From: Candidatus Latescibacterota bacterium
GTDB taxonomy: Bacteria > Latescibacterota > UBA2968 > UBA8231
Assembly: GCA_963422735.1 (NCBI GenBank)
Contig: OY730476.1
Coordinates: 4,608,001 to 4,672,000, forward strand
Direction: 5' to 3'
DNA length: 64,000 bases
The position numbers and the translations under genes are program-made. Position 1 is the stretch's first letter; every line of letters starts with the position of its first letter. The notes beneath the pieces were generated by a model that saw nothing but the letters and a program-made list of their open reading frames with translations, searched no databases and was not told the origin of the DNA. This document shows, one piece after another, positions 19,463-29,814 of the stretch.

Positions 19463-21240
19463 TTATGCAACACCAGCTACAACAAGATCGACGCCCACCC
19501 TTCACCAACCTCCTCGCGCCTGTCGTCTTGCTGTTCGCGATTCTGGTCCTGCGTTTGTTCTATTTGCAGGTTATCACCTCGGCCGACTACGCTCGCGAGT
19601 CCGAGGAAAACCGCATTGCCCAGCGGCGCGTCAAGGCTCCGCGCGGGCTGATCTACGACCGAGATAGCCGCATCTTGGCCCGCACCCGGCCGTTTTACAC
19701 CGTCTCGTTAGAGCGCACCACGCGCAAGGACTTCGACGCGGCCACCGCGGCATTTACAGAAGCCACCGGGGGCACAGAACTAGATGGCGAGTACAGCCGC
19801 AGATCCCGTGTTATCCGCCTCAAGCGCGATGTTAGCTTCCGCACGGTATCGGTCGTAGAGGAGCGGCTCAAGGCCGACTGGCCCCTGCTCGACATTGAAA
19901 TCGAGACTCAGCGCTACTATCCATACGGCACGGCGGCTGCCCACCTGCTCGGCTATATCGGCATCATCGGCGACCAAGATCTACAGGGCAAAAACAGTAA
20001 CGCCTATGTGCTCGGCGATTTTATCGGCAGGACCGGGATCGAGAAGGTGTACGAGAACAGCCTGCGCGGCCGCGACGGCATGATATACGTCGAGATTGAC
20101 GCGGTCGGACGCACGGTCCGGGAGTTTCCCGAGCGCGCCCAGCTTCCCGTGCCCGGCGCGCCCCTGCACCTGACTGTTGACTTGGAGGTCCAACTCGCGG
20201 CTGAGCGCGCCCTGCCCGATAGCTTGGCCGGTGCGCTGGTCGCGCTTGACCCGCGCACCGGGGCCGTGCTAGCCCTAGCCAGCAAGCCGACCTTTGACCC
20301 CAACATTTTTGTGTCGTTCCAGGCCCAGAAGGAGCGGCAGTGGGTGCTGCAGAGCAAGGACGACGTGCTGCTCAACCGCGCCTTGCAAGGGCGTTATCCA
20401 CCTGGATCGACGCTCAAGATGGTCAGTGCCATCGCCGCGCTCGAAACGGGTGTCACCGATACGTTGAGCTTATTTGAGCCCTGCTATGGTTCACTGACCG
20501 TGGGTAGGAGCAGATTTCGCTGCCACAAGCGGACAGGCCACGGCGGCCTGACCCTCCCAGCGGCGATCGAGACCTCCTGCAACGTCTACTTCTACCATTT
20601 GGCCCGGCTGATGAGCATGGAAACATGGCACAAGTACGCGGCCAAATTTGGCTTCGGCCAGCCGACCGAGATCGTCCACTCTGGAGAAGACGCCGGCCTC
20701 CTGCCCTCGCACCAGTACTACAAAGAGCGTGGCGGCTGGTTTCTCGGCCACCTGATCAACCTCTCCATTGGCCAAGGTGCCATGATAGTCACGCCCATTC
20801 AGATGGCACGCTACGTGGCCGCCATTGCCAACGGCGGCTATTTGGTCACTCCCTACATCAGCGGCGACCCCCCCCGCAGCCAACGCATTGACGGCATTTC
20901 GCCGAGGACCTTCGCCATCGTGAGAAAGGCCATGCGCCGAGTGGTGGCCAGCGACATTGGCACCGGTCGTCGAGCGCGGGTTGACGGCGTCGCAATCGCG
21001 GCCAAGACCGGTACGGCTCAGGGGTCCAACCGAGACGACGATGCTTGGATGGTGGCCTTTGCTCCGTACGAGAATCCCACTATTGTCATAGCGGCCGTGG
21101 TCGAAGGGGGCGGCAGTGGTGGAGCACGAGTCGGCCCGGTTGTGCGCGAGGTCGTCAGAGCCTTTTGCATCCAAGAGGGCATCATTGAGCCAGAAGCAAC
21201 CGAGGCAGATACGCTCTTAGCTAACCATGGAATACTTTAG
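19459..21240 (+). CDS. mrdA: Penicillin-binding protein 2
   Basis: APRG.IYDR, PGSTLK (SxxK), SCN (SxN), KTGTAQ. Confidence 0.95.
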   Translation: MIMQHQLQQDRRPPFTNLLAPVVLLFAILVLRLFYLQVITSADYARESEENRIAQRRVKAPRGLIYDRDSRILARTRPFYTVSLERTTRKDFDAATAAFTEATGGTELDGEYSRRSRVIRLKRDVSFRTVSVVEERLKADWPLLDIEIETQRYYPYGTAAAHLLGYIGIIGDQDLQGKNSNAYVLGDFIGRTGIEKVYENSLRGRDGMIYVEIDAVGRTVREFPERAQLPVPGAPLHLTVDLEVQLAAERALPDSLAGALVALDPRTGAVLALASKPTFDPNIFVSFQAQKERQWVLQSKDDVLLNRALQGRYPPGSTLKMVSAIAALETGVTDTLSLFEPCYGSLTVGRSRFRCHKRTGHGGLTLPAAIETSCNVYFYHLARLMSMETWHKYAAKFGFGQPTEIVHSGEDAGLLPSHQYYKERGGWFLGHLINLSIGQGAMIVTPIQMARYVAAIANGGYLVTPYISGDPPRSQRIDGISPRTFAIVRKAMRRVVASDIGTGRRARVDGVAIAAKTGTAQGSNRDDDAWMVAFAPYENPTIVIAAVVEGGGSGGARVGPVVREVVRAFCIQEGIIEPEATEADTLLANHGIL

Positions 21241-21243
21241 TTC

Positions 21244-22482
21244 ATGCGTCTGCTCCGCCAACTCGACTTTCCGCTCCTAATTGCAACTTTGGCGACCCTA
21301 CTGATCGGCATCATCGCAATCTATAGTGCTACGTATCACAACGACTCTACCGAGGTGCAGAACGCTTGGAGTAAGCAGGTCCAATTCGCGATCTTAGCCT
21401 TCGCCATGGCCCTAGCTACCGTATATGTCCCGGAAAAGGTCATTTACAGCGTTGCTTACCTGCTGTATCTGCTCAGCATTGTGAGCCTAGTCGCGGTGTT
21501 GGCTTGGGGCACGGGCGACGCTACCCGCTGGTTGCGCTTGGGGCCGTTGATGTTACAGCCTTCGGAGCTGGCCAAGATCGCGACCATTATCGCCTTAGCG
21601 CGCTACTTAAGCGACCGCAGCGTCGAACGCATCAATTCCTTCGGCGGCTTTCTATGGGCCTTGTTCCTCGTATTGGTGCCGATCGCTCTGATTGTGCGCC
21701 AGCCCGATTTGGGGACCGCAGTTTCCTTTGGTGCTCCGCTCTTTCCCATGCTCTATTGGGCGGGAATGCGCAAGTTCTTCGTCTTCCTCCTCCTCTCGCC
21801 GCTCATCAGCGTCTTCTGCTCTTTAGATCCACTGTGGCAGGGAGGTACTCCTTACGTCTTCGCCATCGTCTTCGTCGGCAGCACCTTCTTAATCCATCAT
21901 TTTCTGCGCCGGCCTTGGCTGACCTTTTCCATGGCCTTCATCAACACCTCGGCGGGTTTGCTCACGGTGTATTTTTTGGAGCACTTCCTGCATCCATACC
22001 AGAAGGCCCGCATTATGACCTTCTTCAGCCCAGAGAGCGATCCCCTCGCATCCGGGTGGAACATCATCCAGTCCAAGATCGCCATTGGCTCCGGGGGGCT
22101 GACGGGCAAGGGCCTGCTAGAAGGTACGCAGACCAAGCACCAGTTCCTGCCGGCAGCTCATACCGATTTCATCTTCTCGGTCATTGGGGAAGAGGGGGGA
22201 TTTGCCTTGGCCCTGATAGTGCTGAGTCTGTTCTTTTTTCTCATCTATCGGGCGCTGCGTATCGCCTCCGTGGCCAACAATGCCTTTTACAGCCTGACAG
22301 CTATCGGCGTGGCCGCGATGCTGACCTTTCACGTGTTCATCAACATTGGCATGACTATCGGCGTCATGCCCATCACCGGCCTGCCGCTGCCCCTTCTCAG
22401 CTCGGGAGGCTCTTCGCTGCTGTCCAACCTCCTTGCCATCGGCCTGCTGCTCCACATCGACACCTATCGCCACGAGTACTGA
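21244..22482 (+). CDS. rodA: SEDS peptidoglycan glycosyltransferase RodA
   Basis: LQPSELAK, QPDLGT, QSKIAIGSGG, HTDFIF..IGEE, P.TG.PLP..S.GGSS. Confidence 0.95.
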   Translation: MRLLRQLDFPLLIATLATLLIGIIAIYSATYHNDSTEVQNAWSKQVQFAILAFAMALATVYVPEKVIYSVAYLLYLLSIVSLVAVLAWGTGDATRWLRLGPLMLQPSELAKIATIIALARYLSDRSVERINSFGGFLWALFLVLVPIALIVRQPDLGTAVSFGAPLFPMLYWAGMRKFFVFLLLSPLISVFCSLDPLWQGGTPYVFAIVFVGSTFLIHHFLRRPWLTFSMAFINTSAGLLTVYFLEHFLHPYQKARIMTFFSPESDPLASGWNIIQSKIAIGSGGLTGKGLLEGTQTKHQFLPAAHTDFIFSVIGEEGGFALALIVLSLFFFLIYRALRIASVANNAFYSLTAIGVAAMLTFHVFINIGMTIGVMPITGLPLPLLSSGGSSLLSNLLAIGLLLHIDTYRHEY

Positions 22483-23541
22483 ATGCGCGTCGCTAGACAG
22501 GCCGTTTGCTGCGCCCTGCTCGGCGCGTTCGTCATCAGCAACCCGCAATGCGGTGCCTATCGAGCCGGGCACGCCCAGCTAGCGCCTGCGTATCTGCTCG
22601 ACGGCCTCTATGGCCAAGCTTTGGTTGAAACCCGCCGAGCCATCCGCCAAGACGGGCCGGACGACCGCTTGCTCCTCATTGCCGCCCTTGCCCGGCTGGG
22701 CCTAGACGAAGTGGATGCCGCACTAGAGCTAATCGGCCAAGCCATTGCCTTGGCACCGGACAACGACGATTTGTACAGGGCCCTGCGCGACATTTGTCAA
22801 AAAGAAGAGTACTTCGCCCAAACCCAAGCACTTCTTGCGCACCTGCGTGCAGACCACGGGCAGAGTGCGTCGCTGTGGGCGACCGAGGGCTGGCTCCACG
22901 CCCGTCAGGAGCGGCCCGACGCCGCTGTAGAAGCACTGGGCCAGGCCATCCAGCTCGACGAGCACCACCTCTTCGCCCACATTGAACTCAGCCGTCTCTT
23001 GATCGCCGAGGGGCGGTTCGCCGAGGCCGAGACCGTGCTCGCCGCGGCGATGCGCATCCAACCTAGTGACCCACAGCTCGTCCTCACCTTGGGGGATTGC
23101 CAACTCCGCCAGGGGCTTGCTGAACGGGCCGCCCACACTTTTGACCGCGCACTGACGGCCGGGGTCATTAGTGCAGTTGACATCGCCCTCACTTACTACG
23201 AGCACAAGTGGCCCGACCGGGCAATTGAATACTACGAGCGTGCTTTGGCCGGTACTCCAGACGATCCTCTGATCCTCAACAACTTGGCTTGGACCTATGC
23301 AGAAGAGGGCCTGCGCCTTAGCTATGCCCTGAATCTGTCGATACGTGCGGTCAAGCTCGACGCGGAAAGCCCGGTCTATTTGGACACCTATGCGGAATTG
23401 TTGCACCTGTTAGGGCGGCATGCCCACGCGGTGGCCATTATGCGCCAAGCCCTCGCACTCGAGCCAACCGACGGCGAGCACCGGGCCTATCTCGAGGGCC
23501 AGATGGCGAAATTTCGCCGTGCGCTCGCCGTGCGCCTGTGA
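22483..23541 (+). CDS. Tetratricopeptide repeat protein
   Basis: Repeated TPR helices, LNNLAW, YLDTYA. Confidence 0.8.
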   Translation: MRVARQAVCCALLGAFVISNPQCGAYRAGHAQLAPAYLLDGLYGQALVETRRAIRQDGPDDRLLLIAALARLGLDEVDAALELIGQAIALAPDNDDLYRALRDICQKEEYFAQTQALLAHLRADHGQSASLWATEGWLHARQERPDAAVEALGQAIQLDEHHLFAHIELSRLLIAEGRFAEAETVLAAAMRIQPSDPQLVLTLGDCQLRQGLAERAAHTFDRALTAGVISAVDIALTYYEHKWPDRAIEYYERALAGTPDDPLILNNLAWTYAEEGLRLSYALNLSIRAVKLDAESPVYLDTYAELLHLLGRHAHAVAIMRQALALEPTDGEHRAYLEGQMAKFRRALAVRL

Positions 23542-23542
23542 G

Positions 23543-24571
23543 TTAGGTTCGGTAGTGTTGGTAGTCGATATCGAGATGTTCTAGCTTTGCGTACAGGCTT
23601 TTGCGCGACAGACCCACATCTTCGGCCACTTGCGAAATCACCCCGCGGTGCCGGTGCAGGGCCTCGCAGAGGAAGTGTCGCTCAAACGAGTTCCGCGCTT
23701 CCCTAAAATCGCGGTGGCTCAGGTCGGGCTCTTCTTCATCCTTCCAATGAACGATCTCTTCGGGCACGTCTTCCTCCCGCAACAAGCTATCGTTTGCGAG
23801 GAGAACCATGCGCTCGAGCGCGTTTGCCAATTGCCGCACGTTGCCCGGCCATGGATAGGTCAAGAAGTGGTTTAAGGCCGCGGCGTCGAGGCTGCGAATT
23901 TTGCACCCGTTTTGCGCCGCTAACCGACGGATAAAATATTCGATCAAAAGGGGAATGTCTCCCTTGCGCTGGCGCAGCGGCGGCAGCTTGAGCGGCACGA
24001 CGTTGAGCCGGTAGAAGAGGTCTTCGCGGAAGGTTCCTTTGCGAACCTCCTCCCGCAAATCGACATTGGTGGCGGCGATGACCCGCACATCCACCCGCAA
24101 GGTCTCCGCGCCCCCGACTCGCTCGAACTCGCGCTCTTGCAGGACGCGCAACAGACGCAGTTGTACGCGCATATCCGCCGCGCCAATCTCGTCGAGAAAC
24201 AAGGTGCCGCGATCGGCTAGCTCAAAGCGGCCTAAACGCTGGCGGACTGCGCCGGTAAAGGATCCTTTCTCATGCCCGAACAGCTCGCTCTCCAACACGC
24301 CTTCGGGTAGCGAGGCGCAGTTGAGCCGCACAAACGAGGCCCTGCGCCTTGGACTGCGCCCGTGCAAGCGCCTCGCCAGTACTTCTTTGCCCGTGCCACT
24401 TTCTCCAGTGAGGAGCACGGTCGCTGGGGACTCGGCGACCCGGTCGGCTTGGGCCAGCAGGCGGCGGACTTGGGCGTTTTGGGTGATAAATTCGGGATGG
24501 TCAGCACGGCGGGGGGAGGACGCGTCCATTTGCGTAGCCGCGTCCGAGTTAGCAGACGTACAAGAATACAC
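23543..24571 (-). CDS. Sigma-54-dependent enhancer-binding protein (AAA+ and HTH, no N-terminal sensor domain)
   Basis: GESGTGKE, ESELFGHEKGSFTGA, LFLDEIG, FREDLFYRLNV, WPGNVRQL, C-terminal Fis-type HTH. Confidence 0.92.
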   Translation of the reverse strand: MYSCTSANSDAATQMDASSPRRADHPEFITQNAQVRRLLAQADRVAESPATVLLTGESGTGKEVLARRLHGRSPRRRASFVRLNCASLPEGVLESELFGHEKGSFTGAVRQRLGRFELADRGTLFLDEIGAADMRVQLRLLRVLQEREFERVGGAETLRVDVRVIAATNVDLREEVRKGTFREDLFYRLNVVPLKLPPLRQRKGDIPLLIEYFIRRLAAQNGCKIRSLDAAALNHFLTYPWPGNVRQLANALERMVLLANDSLLREEDVPEEIVHWKDEEEPDLSHRDFREARNSFERHFLCEALHRHRGVISQVAEDVGLSRKSLYAKLEHLDIDYQHYRT

Positions 24572-24615
24572 AAATAACCTCTCTTCCTTTTTGGATATTT
24601 AATACATAAATGAAT

Positions 24616-24643
24616 ATGATATGCAAATGAAAGCGATTGTCAA
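24616..24643 (-). promoter_or_regulatory. Putative sigma70 promoter of the enhancer-binding protein gene
   Basis: TTGACA-16 nt-TATCAT on the minus strand. Confidence 0.5.
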
Positions 24644-24667
24644 GAACAACTAATGCAGATGGCGGGA

Positions 24668-25444
24668 TCAGGCCAAGACAGAGGGCCTATCGGCGCAGAT
24701 CTCGGAAACCAAGCTGTTGTAGTTGCTAGTGCCTATCGATCCTGCGTCGTAGAGCACGACAGGCTGGCTAAAACCCGGAGCCTCGGCCAAGCTGATGTTG
24801 CGGCTGATGATCGTCTGATAGACCTTGTCACCGAAGTAGTTGCGCACTTCTTGAGCCACGCGGCGACAAAGCTGCAAGCGATTGTCGTACAGGGTAAGTA
24901 AAACGCCCTCGATTTCGAGGGTGGGGTTGAGATAGCGTCGCACCAAGCGGACGGAATCGATGAGCTTGCTCATACCCTCTAAGGCATAGTACTCGCACTG
25001 CACCGGGATAAGCACGGAATCGGCTGCGCTCAGCGCGTTGATTGTGAGCAAGCCCAAAGACGGCGGGCAATCGATGAGCATAAATTCGTACTGCCCCTTT
25101 ACCGGGTGTAGTGCTTTGGCTAGCCACTTGTCGCGCCCGACCATGGCGGCCATCTCCACTTCAGCACCCGCGAGACGGATGTGCCCGGGCACTACGAAAA
25201 GGTCCTTTATATAGGTGGGGAAGGTCGCCGAGGAGGTGCTGAGCTCGCCGATCAAAACCTCGTAGGTAGAGGCGTAGTCGCTACCGAACTCGGCGTCGCA
25301 GCTACTAGTCGCATTGGCCTGCGGGTCTAAGTCGATGAGTAGGGTTCGGTGCCCGGAAAGGGCTAGACAGGCGGCGAGATTGACGGCCGTAGTGGTCTTG
25401 CCCACCCCGCCTTTTTGATTGGCGATAGCGATGATTTTGCCCAT
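24668..25444 (-). CDS. parA: ParA/Soj ATPase
   Basis: [35 protein letters not shown]. Confidence 0.93.
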   Translation of the reverse strand: MGKIIAIANQKGGVGKTTTAVNLAACLALSGHRTLLIDLDPQANATSSCDAEFGSDYASTYEVLIGELSTSSATFPTYIKDLFVVPGHIRLAGAEVEMAAMVGRDKWLAKALHPVKGQYEFMLIDCPPSLGLLTINALSAADSVLIPVQCEYYALEGMSKLIDSVRLVRRYLNPTLEIEGVLLTLYDNRLQLCRRVAQEVRNYFGDKVYQTIISRNISLAEAPGFSQPVVLYDAGSIGTSNYNSLVSEICADRPSVLA

Positions 25445-25633
25445 GTCGATATTTTGCCCTAGGAAAGCTTAAAAAAGGCTTAGCTGGATAGAGAACCGCG
25501 CCAAGCGCACCTCCGAGCTATTTAACGAGCAATAAATCAAGCGGGCCAACGGACCGCTCCCACAACAGAAAGGAGCCGCCAAAACTGTACTCAGGGGAGT
25601 TGTACAGAAAGCCCTAATCACCGCCTCCCATTC

Positions 25634-25661
25634 AATATAAGGCGGTGCAACGGCTAGTCAA
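25634..25661 (-). promoter_or_regulatory. Putative sigma70 promoter for parA
   Basis: TTGACT-16 nt-TATATT on the minus strand, ~190 nt upstream of the ATG. Confidence 0.45.
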
Positions 25662-25837
25662 GGGTTTGTGCCAATTTGGTTGTATGCGAGTAGAAAAAAT
25701 ACATAAGATTATATAAAATAACATGTTATAAATTTTCGACAAATGGGTTGTAGCCCCTGCGTCGCAAGGTTTTTGGGCCTGTGGCGGGCGGTTCCTTATT
25801 ATTGTTTTTCTTATGTAAAATCCAGAAGCGAAAGACG

Positions 25838-26638
25838 ATGAAAAGCGATTCCACGTTCTCAGAATTAGTTGCTATCATGGCACGTCTGCGCGGCCCCGAC
25901 GGCTGCCCTTGGGACCGCAAGCAGACGCACGCCACGCTCCGGCCCTACCTGTTGGAAGAGGCGTACGAGGCTCTCGAATCCATTGACGCGGAAGACGACG
26001 CCGAACTATGCAAGGAGCTGGGCGATGTGTTGCTGCAAGTGGTGTTCCACGCCCAGATCGCGGCCGAGGAGGGCCGCTTCGACATCGAGGCGGTCGGCCA
26101 AGCCATCGTCGAGAAGCTGATTCGCCGCCACCCCCATGTCTTTGCCGATGCGAGTGCGGACGGGGCCGACGAGGTTTTGCTCCGCTGGGAGCAGATCAAA
26201 AAGCAGGAGTGCCGGGAGCAAGGGGAAGCTGCGCCTTCGTTGCTTGAGGGCATTCCCAAGCACCTCCCCGCCTTGATGCGCGCTCATCGGATCCAAGCGC
26301 GAGTCGCACAGCAGGGGTTTGATTGGGACGGTATTGATGGCGCACTCGACAAGGTCGAAGAGGAATTCGCCGAAGTGCGCAAGGCTTGGGAGACGGGCGG
26401 GGCCGCGGCGGTCGAGGAGGAGTTTGGCGACTTGCTCTTCTCGTTGGTCAACGCCAGCCGCTTCCTCAAGGTAGATCCCGAACAGGCTCTCAGGCGTGCG
26501 GTCGCCAAGTTCGAGCGCCGCTTCCGCGCCCTAGAGGAGGCTGTGCAGGCGCGAGGTGAGGAAGTCGCCGCGCTCTCGTTGGCGGATCTAGACGCGATGT
26601 GGGACGAGGTGAAAGCGCGCGAAAAGGCCGCAGAATAA
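25838..26638 (+). CDS. mazG: Nucleoside triphosphate pyrophosphohydrolase
   Basis: LR.P.GCPWDRKQT, EEAYE, ELGD.LLQVVFH, KLIRRHPHVF, EEEFGDLLF. Confidence 0.95.
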   Translation: MKSDSTFSELVAIMARLRGPDGCPWDRKQTHATLRPYLLEEAYEALESIDAEDDAELCKELGDVLLQVVFHAQIAAEEGRFDIEAVGQAIVEKLIRRHPHVFADASADGADEVLLRWEQIKKQECREQGEAAPSLLEGIPKHLPALMRAHRIQARVAQQGFDWDGIDGALDKVEEEFAEVRKAWETGGAAAVEEEFGDLLFSLVNASRFLKVDPEQALRRAVAKFERRFRALEEAVQARGEEVAALSLADLDAMWDEVKAREKAAE

Positions 26639-26647
26639 GGAGGCGAC

Positions 26648-27334
26648 ATGGGGGTTGACGTGCTCTTTTGCGCCGTGGTTTTGGGCGTTTTGGTGCTTTC
26701 GGTGTTGGCTGTGTGCGCCGCTGCCCAGCGAGCAGGACAGGCCGCGGACCTGTGGACGATGCGGGCGGCTGTCGGAGCCGTGCTCTGGTTGGTGGCAACC
26801 GGGTTGGCCGCGCTTTCGGGCACCCTGAGCAGCTTTTCGCTACCCCTCTTCGCGGCCTTGATGGTCCTGACCGGCGGCGCGGCCTTTTCGCGGGTGGGGG
26901 CCGCGCTGATGGCCGCGGTCGGCCCGGTCGGGTTGATTGGCTTCCAGTTTTTCCGCGTGCCGGTCGCCGTGTTCCTCCAAGGGATGTACCAAGCCGGGCA
27001 GGCACCGGTGCAGATAACCTACGAGGGGCTCAACTTCGACATCTTCGCCGGCTTGACCGCACCAGCCATGGCTTGGCTGGTCTGGCGCGGCAAGGTGGGA
27101 TCCTACGCGATATGGGCTTGGAATGCGTTTGGGCTAGTGCTACTGGCCGAGGCGATCGTCATCGCAGTCCTCTCTATGCCGACGGAGTTCCGCGTCTTCA
27201 CCAACGAGCCGACTAGCATGTTCGCGACCTACGCACCCTATATCTGGCTGCCGACAGTCTTGGCACCAGCCGCCCTATTGGGTCATTTGTTAGTATTGCG
27301 CTGGCTGTTGTCGAGTTGCTCCGGGTCGAGGTAA
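26648..27334 (+). CDS. Hypothetical multi-pass membrane protein
   Basis: About 6 hydrophobic segments; AGGAGG RBS; G.NFDI..G, PYIWLP motifs. Confidence 0.75.
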   Translation: MGVDVLFCAVVLGVLVLSVLAVCAAAQRAGQAADLWTMRAAVGAVLWLVATGLAALSGTLSSFSLPLFAALMVLTGGAAFSRVGAALMAAVGPVGLIGFQFFRVPVAVFLQGMYQAGQAPVQITYEGLNFDIFAGLTAPAMAWLVWRGKVGSYAIWAWNAFGLVLLAEAIVIAVLSMPTEFRVFTNEPTSMFATYAPYIWLPTVLAPAALLGHLLVLRWLLSSCSGSR

Positions 27335-28815
27335 TCCATGGCCGGATCGAGTTTCCAGCGGCACTGGTCGGAAGGCTGTACGGTGCGGCCCCACGCGGTT
27401 AGGATGGAGCGATCGGCGCGGAGCGCGGCCATGCGTGCGGCGATCCACTCCGGGTCCCATCCGTCTAGGACTTCGGCTTTGAGCGTGGCCAAGATGTCTT
27501 GGTGTGCCGGGTCGGCTGCTAGGTCGCAGCGCTCGCGCGGGTCGGCTTGGAGGTCGAAAAGCTGGCAGGGCTGGCCGTGGTAGTAGTTGAGCTTCCACGG
27601 CCCGCGCCGAATCATGCGCTGGAAAATGCCCTCTTGTGAGAAGGGGCCGCCGGCCCCGGCCGCGTCTTGGCAGAACTCGGAGAAGGCGACGTCATCCCAC
27701 TCGGCGTTTTTTGGATTCGCGAGCAAGGGCAGTAGGCTGCGGCCTTGCGAGTTGGGTAGGGCCGGGCAGCCCAAGGCGTCGAGCATGGTCGCGTTGAGGT
27801 CGAGTGAAGAAATCACCCGTTCGCAACGGATCCCTGCGGGCAAGTGCCCAGGCCAAGCGAGTATGGCCGGGACCTTAACCGAGTCCTCGTAAAAGGTCTG
27901 CTTCCACCACAGCCCGTGCTCGCCGACCTGCTCGCCGTGATCAGACGTATAGAGGACGAGGGTGTTTTCCTCCAAGCCGTTTTTCCGCAGTGCGGCTACG
28001 ATCTGGCCGATTAGCGCGTCCATGCGGTGGACTAGTGCCCAATAGGCGGCGCGGGCGCGGCGAGCTTCTTCCGCGCTGACTTCCTCGATATCGCAGGCTT
28101 GGCGCCAGCACTTGATGTGGGGGTGTAGGTGGTCGCCGAAGGGTTCGGGGGTTTGCGGTGGGGTGATGTTTTCATAGTAGTAGCGATAGTCTTGCAAGCG
28201 GGCGACAAAGGGCTGATGCGGCAGCATGAAACCGACCGAGAGCGAGAATGGCTCAGCGGCTTGGCCGGCGCGTTTGGCGGCGCCAAGGCGGTTGAGGTAG
28301 TCAACGGTCGCGGCAGTGACGTCTTCGTCGTGGACTTGATAGGCGCTCTGGCCGTGGCCGGACAGGCGCAGGCTGACGCGGCTCGGCCCGGCCGTGCCCG
28401 CGAGCTGACCGTGATCGACGCCTGTGCCCCCGGGCTGGTTGGGGCCGTGATCGCCGACGAGCCGCTCTGCGTACCCGTGTAGCTGGTCCGGCCCAACCGA
28501 GTGCATGCGGCCGACGAGCGCGGGGCGGTAGCCGCCCGCGCCCATGGCGTGGGCGAAGGTGGGGATGCCGGAGTCGAGGATGTGGGTGTTGGTCCAGACT
28601 TGGTTGTCGCAGGGGTAGCGGCCCGAGAGCATGGACATCCGCGAGGGTACGCAAATAGGCGAGGGGCAATAGGTGTTGTCGAACACCACGCCGCGCGCGG
28701 CGAGGGCATCGAGGTGGGGGGTCTCGACTAAGGGATCGCCATAGCAGCCGGCGACGTAGGGGCTGTGTTGGTCGGAGTGGATGTAGAGCAGGTTGGGGCG
28801 GGGTGCTTGGCTCAT
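27283..28815 (-). CDS. Sulfatase (choline-sulfatase-like)
   Basis: PN.L.I.SDQH, CVPSR (CxPxR formylglycine motif), SDHGE..GEHG.W.K. Confidence 0.92.
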   Translation of the reverse strand: MSQAPRPNLLYIHSDQHSPYVAGCYGDPLVETPHLDALAARGVVFDNTYCPSPICVPSRMSMLSGRYPCDNQVWTNTHILDSGIPTFAHAMGAGGYRPALVGRMHSVGPDQLHGYAERLVGDHGPNQPGGTGVDHGQLAGTAGPSRVSLRLSGHGQSAYQVHDEDVTAATVDYLNRLGAAKRAGQAAEPFSLSVGFMLPHQPFVARLQDYRYYYENITPPQTPEPFGDHLHPHIKCWRQACDIEEVSAEEARRARAAYWALVHRMDALIGQIVAALRKNGLEENTLVLYTSDHGEQVGEHGLWWKQTFYEDSVKVPAILAWPGHLPAGIRCERVISSLDLNATMLDALGCPALPNSQGRSLLPLLANPKNAEWDDVAFSEFCQDAAGAGGPFSQEGIFQRMIRRGPWKLNYYHGQPCQLFDLQADPRERCDLAADPAHQDILATLKAEVLDGWDPEWIAARMAALRADRSILTAWGRTVQPSDQCRWKLDPAMDYLDPEQLDNSQRNTNK

Positions 28816-28959
28816 AATGGTCCTTGTCGGTTAGGCGGCGTGCGCGACAAGGTACGCGGCTGGTCGGGGGTGAGCAAGATGAGCGGAGCAGGTTTTTCTC
28901 GCGCTGCTGACTTGTGTACGTTTTTTTGAGCAGCGAACTGCGAGCGATGGAGATTGGGT

Positions 28960-29763
28960 ATGCAAACCAAAAAAGCTGCCAAGCGGGCGAAGGTGAAGAG
29001 GAAGAACTACGAGCGCGAATTGGCCAAGTTGCACTACGAACTGGTCAAGTTGCAGCACTGGATCAAGGACCAGGGCTTGAGGGTGGTGATCGTCTTTGAG
29101 GGGCGCGACACGGCCGGTAAAGGCGGGATCATCAAGCGCATCACCGAGCCGCTCAATCCGCGCGGTGCGCGCGTGGTGGCCTTGGGTACGCCGTCGGACC
29201 GCGAGCGCACCCAATGGTACTTCCAGCGCTACGTGGCTCACCTGCCGGCCGCGGGCGAGATCGTGATTTTCGACCGCAGTTGGTACAACCGCAGCGGGGT
29301 CGAGCGGGTGTTGGGCTTTTGCACCGAGGAGGAGTATTGGGAGTTTCTCCACTCGTGCCCGGAGTTTGAGCGCATGCTAGTGCGCTCGGGGATAATCCTG
29401 CTCAAGTACTGGCTCTCGGTGAGCGAGGAAGAGCAAGAAAGCCGCTTTCAGGAGCGCGCTCGGAATCCGCTTAAGCACTGGAAGCTCAGCGATATGGACC
29501 TCAAATCGCGGAACCTGTGGGTAGAGTACTCCAAGGCCAAAGACGAGGCGTTTTTTTACACGGATATTCCCGAAGCTCCTTGGTACACGGTCGAGGCCGA
29601 CGACAAGCGCCGGGCGCGTCTCAACTGCATCGCGCACATCCTCAGCCAACTGCCCCACGAAGACGTGATGCCGCAAAAGATCAAGCTGCCGCCGCGCCCG
29701 CCCCACGGCGAGTACCAGCGCCCTCCTCACAGCAAGTTGCACTTTGTCGATGAGAAGTACTGA
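28960..29763 (+). CDS. ppk2: Polyphosphate kinase 2
   Basis: FEGRDTAGKGG, QWYFQRY, FDRSWYNR, DDKRRARLN. Confidence 0.95.
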   Translation: MQTKKAAKRAKVKRKNYERELAKLHYELVKLQHWIKDQGLRVVIVFEGRDTAGKGGIIKRITEPLNPRGARVVALGTPSDRERTQWYFQRYVAHLPAAGEIVIFDRSWYNRSGVERVLGFCTEEEYWEFLHSCPEFERMLVRSGIILLKYWLSVSEEEQESRFQERARNPLKHWKLSDMDLKSRNLWVEYSKAKDEAFFYTDIPEAPWYTVEADDKRRARLNCIAHILSQLPHEDVMPQKIKLPPRPPHGEYQRPPHSKLHFVDEKY

Positions 29764-29814
29764 AAAGCGGTTTTGAAATTCTCGATGTGTCCCAAGTGCA
29801 AGCGATGAGACGCC

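Noticed and set aside
21504-22496. Long alternative-frame and antisense ORFs here and elsewhere (e.g. 17898-18821, 60182-61156)
   Set aside because: Expected in high-GC DNA; they overlap confident genes and have no motifs
25656-25674. TTGGCAC...TTG on the minus strand resembling a sigma54 promoter
   Set aside because: Spacing is off by one and the -12 GC is missing
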